A DNA stretch of 62,612 bases, counting the filler, from Candidatus Woesearchaeota archaeon CG1_02_57_44 (lineage in GTDB: Archaea > Nanobdellota > Nanobdellia > Woesearchaeales > CG1-02-57-44), in NCBI GenBank assembly GCA_001871415.1. It is 5 parts of 5 records of this genome, joined end to end, with 100 filler letters (N's around TTAATTAATTAA, not from the genome) between each part and the next. Parts side by side here need not be neighbours in the genome. Positions count along the whole stretch, not along the records: positions 51,764 to 62,612 come from MNWW01000032.1; 4 more parts are not named here. The stretch is one strand, 5' to 3'. Positions 56,689 through 62,612 of this stretch are shown piece by piece. The notes below the pieces were generated by a model, which did no database searches, had not been told where the DNA came from, and saw only the letters and a program-made list of their open reading frames with translations. The position numbers were made by a program, and so were the translations under genes. The number at the start of each line of letters is the position of its first letter. Positions within the stretch are counted from its first letter, which is position 1.

Positions 56689-57996
56689 TCAATGCCCGGT
56701 GAACGGGTCCACCCAGTTGCGCAGCTCGCGGCGCACCGCGGACGCGTCGTCATAGTGCTGCAGGAGCGTGAGGTCTTTGTGCAGATCCCAACCCAGTCCC
56801 CTGCAGTAATCAAGGAAGGTGTCATAGGACTGCAGGGCCCGTCGACCCCACCGCTGAGAGCCCCGTCGCTCAGCGATGCCCCGGCAGAAGGCGCCAAGCC
56901 GAAGGGCAAGATAGGCGGCGTCCCGTGGCTGCGCTATCTGATCGATGACCGCGCCGGCCACAGCGTGATATTCGTGCAGAAATGACAGGTCAGCATCCCG
57001 CGCCCGAAGCGATGCATCATAGTGCGCCTTCGCATCGCGTTCGATATGATGCAGGTGCCGCTCAGCCGCGCCCCTGTCCGTTGACGCCAGCAATAGCGCC
57101 GCGTAGGAGTTTCCTTCAATGGCGAGCGCTGTCCCCATCGGGTCTTCGCATTCATCCCGCAGGATCATCCCGCAGGTGGCGAGATATCTCGCAGCTTCAG
57201 CCGCGTGCCCGGGGTGAGCGTCCCATGACCACATGACCGCGCGCCTATTGGCAATGGTGGCCTCGTGAAGTGCAGCGGAGTCGCCCGACAGGTGATACAC
57301 CCGGAAATGCGAGCTGCCGAGCAGGCTGTATTCGTTGGCGAGCATCGTCGGCTCTATGGGCATCAGATCGATGCTTGTGGAGAACACTTCCACCGCCCGC
57401 TCTGCAGCAGGAAGCCGTTCCTTGATGCACGCTTCTGCCAGCAGCGTCGTGCCCAGTATATGCGTCGCGTGGCCGAGCCACTGCGGGGCGTGCTGCTCTG
57501 CCGTGCTCCTCGCGCGCTCCGCGTGCTGGACCGAGCGTCCAAGCCAGGAATCCGCCTGCGTGCGCTGGGCTTCCATGACCGCGAGTTCGGCCGCGTATCC
57601 ATGCAGGTGTGAAACCCGCACCTGCTCGCGCATGCCCGGCTCGCCCTCCAGTCGTGCTATGCCCGCCTCGCAGTAGCTGACCAGCACGCCGGCGGTGCCA
57701 TTGAGCCATCCTGGATCACGGCGTGCCAGGTGCACAGCCGCCTTGGCAAGGTGATGCAGTGTGTCGATGCTGAGATCAGAGGCAGCATAGTGAGGGAGCT
57801 GCTCATCTATTGCTGATCGACAGCTGTCCAATACATCGGGAGCGACGAAACCAGCATCCAGCAGGTCATAGACCTCCGCGAGCAGTTCTGGCAATGTCAC
57901 AGCCCTCGGGATATCCTGCCGATTCAAAAAATTACTGGCAGGATGCGCCGTGATCAGAGCAAGGTTTATAAAGCTGCCATCCCGGAACACCAACAA
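56689..57996 (-). CDS. hypothetical alpha-helical (TPR-like) protein
   Basis: Long Ala/Leu-rich helical ORF; true start is probably downstream of the TTTATAAA box at 57965-57972. Confidence 0.6.
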   Translation of the reverse strand: MLVFRDGSFINLALITAHPASNFLNRQDIPRAVTLPELLAEVYDLLDAGFVAPDVLDSCRSAIDEQLPHYAASDLSIDTLHHLAKAAVHLARRDPGWLNGTAGVLVSYCEAGIARLEGEPGMREQVRVSHLHGYAAELAVMEAQRTQADSWLGRSVQHAERARSTAEQHAPQWLGHATHILGTTLLAEACIKERLPAAERAVEVFSTSIDLMPIEPTMLANEYSLLGSSHFRVYHLSGDSAALHEATIANRRAVMWSWDAHPGHAAEAARYLATCGMILRDECEDPMGTALAIEGNSYAALLLASTDRGAAERHLHHIERDAKAHYDASLRARDADLSFLHEYHAVAGAVIDQIAQPRDAAYLALRLGAFCRGIAERRGSQRWGRRALQSYDTFLDYCRGLGWDLHKDLTLLQHYDDASAVRRELRNWVDPFTGH

Positions 57997-58877
57997 TGCG
58001 CAGATTCACCGCTATGGTATTGCTCTGCCTCCTGCTTGCTGGCTGCATCACCATGGACACCAAGGTGACGCTCAAGCGCTCCGGGAACATTGACCTTGAT
58101 TTCACGCTCAGCTCGACCAAAGAGCTGATGGGCATGATGAAGCAGGGGATGAAGGAAGGCATGAACCTGAGCGCGGATATCATTGACAAGGTCACTATCA
58201 GCGAGACAGACACGAGCATCACCTACTCCATGAGGGACATCGACACGAATGCAGCAGGTAAGCTCTTCTCGAACGATGAGAGCGATGGCATGATGCCTTT
58301 GGACTTGGCAGGCATAGACGCGCAAGTGCATCCTGGCTTTCCCTACATCACCTACGTGCTCAATATTCCGCTGCCTGCGGCAGCGCAGAACAATACTGAC
58401 GAATCCACGCAATTGGCACAGGCCATGATGAGCGGCATGATCACCATGACCTTCACGCTGGAGACCTTTGGCACCATCATCGACACCAATGGCAAGCTGC
58501 TCGACGAGCACACGGTGCAATGGGACCTGCTCTCCACAGACAGGCTCTATGTGAAGTTCCATGACCCGGTGCTGGCCATCTGGTTGGGGGACTACTGGTT
58601 AATCTACACCGCAATCATCGGCGGCCTGTTGGCAGCGGTGCTGACCGCAGCAATCATCCGCAAGAGGCGACGCAATCCGAAAGCGCCGAAGGCACCGCCT
58701 GTCGTTCCTTCAGAGGTGCTGGCATTTGTGATGGACGCCCGCATGGCAGGCATGCCCGACCAGTACATCTACCAGCAGCTCCTTGCTTCTGGCTGGAGCG
58801 AGCAGCAGGCGATGCTGGCGCTGCAGAGTGTGCAGGCCCCTGTGCAGCAGGGACAGCCACCTGCGATGCATCAGTGA
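57996..58877 (+). CDS. putative lipoprotein with C-terminal TM helix and small cytoplasmic domain
   Basis: LLLAGC lipobox, G.IIDTNG......VQW segment, TM helix then RKRRR, G.....I...LL..GW tail. Confidence 0.8.
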   Translation: MRRFTAMVLLCLLLAGCITMDTKVTLKRSGNIDLDFTLSSTKELMGMMKQGMKEGMNLSADIIDKVTISETDTSITYSMRDIDTNAAGKLFSNDESDGMMPLDLAGIDAQVHPGFPYITYVLNIPLPAAAQNNTDESTQLAQAMMSGMITMTFTLETFGTIIDTNGKLLDEHTVQWDLLSTDRLYVKFHDPVLAIWLGDYWLIYTAIIGGLLAAVLTAAIIRKRRRNPKAPKAPPVVPSEVLAFVMDARMAGMPDQYIYQQLLASGWSEQQAMLALQSVQAPVQQGQPPAMHQ

Positions 58878-59084
58878 CCAAGGAAAGAGCAGTCTCAGCA
58901 GCGACGAAGGCCGTTTCGTCTTTATCATCGTTGTATGATGTATGCTGCATCATTGCCGCATCATGTTTGGTCATGAATGCTGCATCATACTCGCGTCATG
59001 TTTTGCAGGGTAGTCCATGATTGCACCAGATATGGTAGTGTATCCTATTGTAATGTATGCTATGATGCAGCTGATAGTGGCGCG

Positions 59085-59537
59085 TCACCGGCCATCAAAG
59101 AAACCATAGCTCTGCAGCCGCCGACCGAGCAGCGGATACGCTGCTCTGAGCTGCGCGCAGGGATAGGTGGCCGTGTACACGACTCCAATGTCAGGCTCGA
59201 TATCCAAGCAAACCCTTCCGTCCCGGATCGTTGCCTGCACGCTGTGCCCCTCCAGCACGAGCCGATCGACCAGGTCGACAGCGTCGTATCCCGCACCGGA
59301 TGGCGCATCAAATTCGACACACACCCCGTCCCGGTACGCGTCATTGGCGAGCTCAAGCGCCTCAGGAAGATCGCCAGCCCGGGCGAGCAGCAACGCCCGC
59401 TGCTCACCGCCGTCGGGATACAGGCGCACTTCCCGCGCACCGCCATCAGCGCTCAACAGGACGCTTCCGCCCCGCGCGAGCAGCGTATCAAGCGACGAAA
59501 GGTCCATGGTGGCATGCAAGCCCGGAGCAGGGGACAT
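59085..59537 (-). CDS. hypothetical protein
   Basis: 150-aa ORF downstream of a TATTTAT box. Confidence 0.55.
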   Translation of the reverse strand: MSPAPGLHATMDLSSLDTLLARGGSVLLSADGGAREVRLYPDGGEQRALLLARAGDLPEALELANDAYRDGVCVEFDAPSGAGYDAVDLVDRLVLEGHSVQATIRDGRVCLDIEPDIGVVYTATYPCAQLRAAYPLLGRRLQSYGFFDGR

Positions 59538-59569
59538 TGTTGAGGTGAAAATGCCATGCCATAAATATC

Positions 59570-62272
59570 TTATGTCGCCCGCTGCTGCAGCGCGAGCTTG
59601 TCGCGCTCATTCATCTCCGCGGCCAGGAACGTCTTTTGCAATTCCACGAGCAGCAGCACGCTGCTGCTGACCAGCACGATGCGCACCCAGCTCGCCGGTT
59701 CCAACGGGACCGTGCCGAAGATGCCCTGGAAGTAGGGCGCGTAGATGACGGTCAGCAGCGCCATGGCAGAGAGCACGATGCCCCAGAGCACCGACGGGTT
59801 GTATCCTTCCAGCGAGCTGTGCGTGAAGCTGCGGGCGTTGAGCACGTGGAAGAGCTCAAAGCAGACCAGCGAGGCCAGCGCGACAGTCTGCGCGTGCGGC
59901 AACGACTGATGCAGGAACGCGAGCTCGTAGATGAACAAGCCGATGGTGCCAACGACAATGAGCGGCACGACCTGGCTTATCTTCAGGAACAGGTACTCGT
60001 TGAGTATCTTCTCCTGCGGGTCGCGCGGACGCTGATGCATGATGTGCCTTCCCGGCCGCTCCATGCACAGGCCGAGCGCCGGGATATCAGAGGTCACGAG
60101 ATTGACGAACAGGATCATGATGGGCGTGAGCACCGGAGCGACGCCGAGCAGCGCCGCGATGAGGATCAGTATCACTTCCGAGAAATTGCCTGCCAGCAGG
60201 TAGTAGATGAACCTGCGTATGTTGGTGTAGATGGTCCTGCCCTCTCGTATGGCCGTGACGATGGTGCGAAAGTTATCATCCTTGATGACCATGTCAGCCG
60301 CTTCCTTGGCCACATCGGTCCCTGTCCTGCCCATGGCCACGCCGATGTCCGCCTTGCGCAGCGCTGGCGCGTCATTGACCCCGTCGCCGGTCATGGCCAC
60401 GATGTGGCCTTGCTCCTGCAGCGCTGAGACGATGCGCATCTTATGCTTGGGGGTGGTGCGGGCATAGACCGTGGTATGCCCGACCAGCTGGGAGAACTTG
60501 TTGTCGTCAAGGTCGTCAAGCTCCGGCCCACTGAGCACACCGTCGCCGCGGCGATGGATGCCAAGCTCCTGCGCGATGGCGAGCGCTGTGTCTCTGTTGT
60601 CGCCGGTGATCATCACCACCAGCGTGCCTGCCGCGTGGCACTCTGCGACTGCTTCCTTCGCTCCCGCCTCCGGAGGATCGCGCATCGCGACCAGTCCCGC
60701 GAACACGAGCTGCGATTCCACATGGCGCAGCTCATAGCTCTTGCCCTTGTGCTCCTTGAACGCGAGCCCCAGCACGCGCTTGCCCTGTGACGCGTACGCC
60801 TGCGTCTTCTCCAGATAGTGCTGGCGCACGGACGCTGTCATCCGATGCACCCTGCCATTATCGTAGTACCGGTCGCACTTGGCCAGCAGGATCTCCGGCG
60901 CGCCTTTCGCATAGACGAGCGGCTGCTTGCGCAGCATGTGCACCGCGCTCATGCACTTGCGCTCAGCGTCGAAAGGATGCTCCTTGACGCGCGGGCAGCG
61001 CTCATGCGCATCCTCACGGCTCAGTCCCGCTTTCTGCGCGAGGACAATCAATGCGCCTTCGGTGCTCTCACCGTCAATGTGCCATGCGCCTTCCTTGCGC
61101 AGCAGGGCCGCGTTGTTGCAGAGCAACCCTATCTCAAGCATCTTGGCCACGCCCTTGTGGCGATTCGGGTCGATACGCACGTTCTCTCTCAGGAAGAGCC
61201 CCTTGGGCGAGAGCCCTTGGCCCGTGACATCGACCTCATGGTGGTAGGTGTACACATGTTCGACGACCATCTTGTTCTGCGTGAGCGTGCCGGTCTTGTC
61301 CGTGCAGATGACCGTGCAGGTGCCAAGGGTCTCGACAGCGCTCAGCTTCTTGACGATGGCGTTCTGCGCCGCCATGCGTTTGATGCCGATGCTCAGCGCG
61401 ACCGCGATGACCGCGGGCAGTGATTCCGGTATGCCCGAGACCGCGACGCTGACAGCCAGCAGCAGGAGCGCCTCCCAGGGCTGGCCGCGGAATAATCCGA
61501 GCAGGAAGATGAGCAGGCAGATGACCATGACCCCAAGACTGAACTGCTTGCCGAGCTTGTCGAGCTTCTGCTGCAAGGGCGTGTCCTGCTCACCGACATC
61601 AGCCAGCAGTGAGGCGATCTTACCAATCTCAGTCTCTTTGCCGGTCCTTACGACAAGGCAGGTGCCCGCCCCGTCCGTGACCTTGCTGCCGGCGAACACC
61701 ATATTGACCTGCTCAGCGAGCGAGATAGCTCCTCGGAGGGCGAGGGCCTTCTTGCTCACGGGCACGGATTCTCCCGTGAGCGTGCTCTCGTCGATGCGAA
61801 GGTTCATGGCCTCAAGGACGCGCGCGTCCGCAGGCACCAGGTCGCCCCTGCGCAGCAGGATGATGTCGCCAGGGACCAGCTCTGCGGCCGCCAGCTCCTG
61901 TTCCGTGCCGCGAAGCGCCCGCGCTTTCCGGGGCGTGAGCTGCCGCAGCGCTTCCATGTCCCTCGTCGCCTTGAACTCCTCCAGGAAGCTGAGCAGGATG
62001 ATGAACGCGACGATGCAGCTGATGACGATGAACTCCAGGTGGTTGCCGATGAGGAAGCTGATGAGCGCTGCGGCGAGCAGGACGTAGATGATGAAGCTCT
62101 TGAACTGCCTCACCAGGATGCGCCAGGCAGGGACCTTCTTGATCTCATCCGTCATGTTGCGGCCGTGCTTGGCAATCCTGGCCGCGACCTCATCAGGAGA
62201 AAGCCCTTTATGAGAATCGACATCGTAGACGCGCAGCAGCTGCTCGGCATGAAGCTCCCATACCCTGCTCAT
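59570..62272 (-). CDS. cation-transporting P-type ATPase (type IIA, Ca2+-like)
   Basis: TGES, IPESL, DKTGT, KGAPE, TGDN, GDGVND, NLVTS. Confidence 0.95.
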   Translation of the reverse strand: MSRVWELHAEQLLRVYDVDSHKGLSPDEVAARIAKHGRNMTDEIKKVPAWRILVRQFKSFIIYVLLAAALISFLIGNHLEFIVISCIVAFIILLSFLEEFKATRDMEALRQLTPRKARALRGTEQELAAAELVPGDIILLRRGDLVPADARVLEAMNLRIDESTLTGESVPVSKKALALRGAISLAEQVNMVFAGSKVTDGAGTCLVVRTGKETEIGKIASLLADVGEQDTPLQQKLDKLGKQFSLGVMVICLLIFLLGLFRGQPWEALLLLAVSVAVSGIPESLPAVIAVALSIGIKRMAAQNAIVKKLSAVETLGTCTVICTDKTGTLTQNKMVVEHVYTYHHEVDVTGQGLSPKGLFLRENVRIDPNRHKGVAKMLEIGLLCNNAALLRKEGAWHIDGESTEGALIVLAQKAGLSREDAHERCPRVKEHPFDAERKCMSAVHMLRKQPLVYAKGAPEILLAKCDRYYDNGRVHRMTASVRQHYLEKTQAYASQGKRVLGLAFKEHKGKSYELRHVESQLVFAGLVAMRDPPEAGAKEAVAECHAAGTLVVMITGDNRDTALAIAQELGIHRRGDGVLSGPELDDLDDNKFSQLVGHTTVYARTTPKHKMRIVSALQEQGHIVAMTGDGVNDAPALRKADIGVAMGRTGTDVAKEAADMVIKDDNFRTIVTAIREGRTIYTNIRRFIYYLLAGNFSEVILILIAALLGVAPVLTPIMILFVNLVTSDIPALGLCMERPGRHIMHQRPRDPQEKILNEYLFLKISQVVPLIVVGTIGLFIYELAFLHQSLPHAQTVALASLVCFELFHVLNARSFTHSSLEGYNPSVLWGIVLSAMALLTVIYAPYFQGIFGTVPLEPASWVRIVLVSSSVLLLVELQKTFLAAEMNERDKLALQQRAT

Positions 62273-62372
62273 GAAGGGATAGTGCCCCTATGGCTTATTA
62301 AACCTTGCGGGCAGTTGTCAACGAACAGGGACACAATACGAGCAGGATTGTAATAAGACCAGAATAAACCAG

Positions 62373-62509
62373 ATAACAAAAATCCGCCACTCGGCGCTAA
62401 CCGCGGCCTGAAGGCCGCGGTATTACCGCGCCTCGTCATTGCAGGCGGATTTTTGAATTGCAAAGCACGTCCTGAAGGACGGGGTATTCAACCCCGTGCT
62501 TTGCAATAA
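62373..62509 (-). mobile_element. structured 137-bp repeat, copy 4 (inverted)
   Basis: Exact reverse complement of 40768-40904 including both TTAT ends. Confidence 0.75.
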
Positions 62510-62612
62510 CACTACAGCTTCCCTATCGCCTCAAGCAGACGACGGTGTCCTTCGACAAGGCGCTGAAATTCCGCTTGCGTCTCTGGTGACAGGACCATCG
62601 CGCCCTTACCTC

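Overview
The window is five archaeal contigs joined by artificial 100-nt N/TTAATTAATTAA linkers (11672-11771, 23052-23151, 34483-34582, 51664-51763), so adjacency across linkers is meaningless. RadA, RadB, zinc-finger RPA, aMBF1, SRP54, AK6, NurA and TATA promoters mark it as archaeal. The mix of these with bacterial-type metabolic genes and lineage-specific orphans suggests a DPANN/Woesearchaeota-like genome (inference). It contains glmM-glmU-glmS, an aspartate aminotransferase and GTP-PEPCK, a group 3b-type [NiFe] hydrogenase with a reduced maturation cassette (protease-like gene, DMT transporter, DUF6390, HypC, HypA), a 2-oxoacid (likely pyruvate) dehydrogenase operon with lipA, and PEP synthase. 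It also holds two ABC/Pip-like modules, a DNA-repair cluster with two degenerate HIT proteins and an MNT-HEPN pair, an IS481-like end, MetRS and a P-type ATPase. The strongest non-genic signal is a ~137-bp structured intergenic element in four near-identical copies plus one diverged copy. In the main family both hairpins are preceded by AATA and the ends are TTAT; in the diverged copy these become CATA and TGAT. This coordinated change fits the IS200/IS605 (Y1/HUH) guide-target pairing rule and suggests a non-autonomous ssDNA element that has been naturally retargeted.
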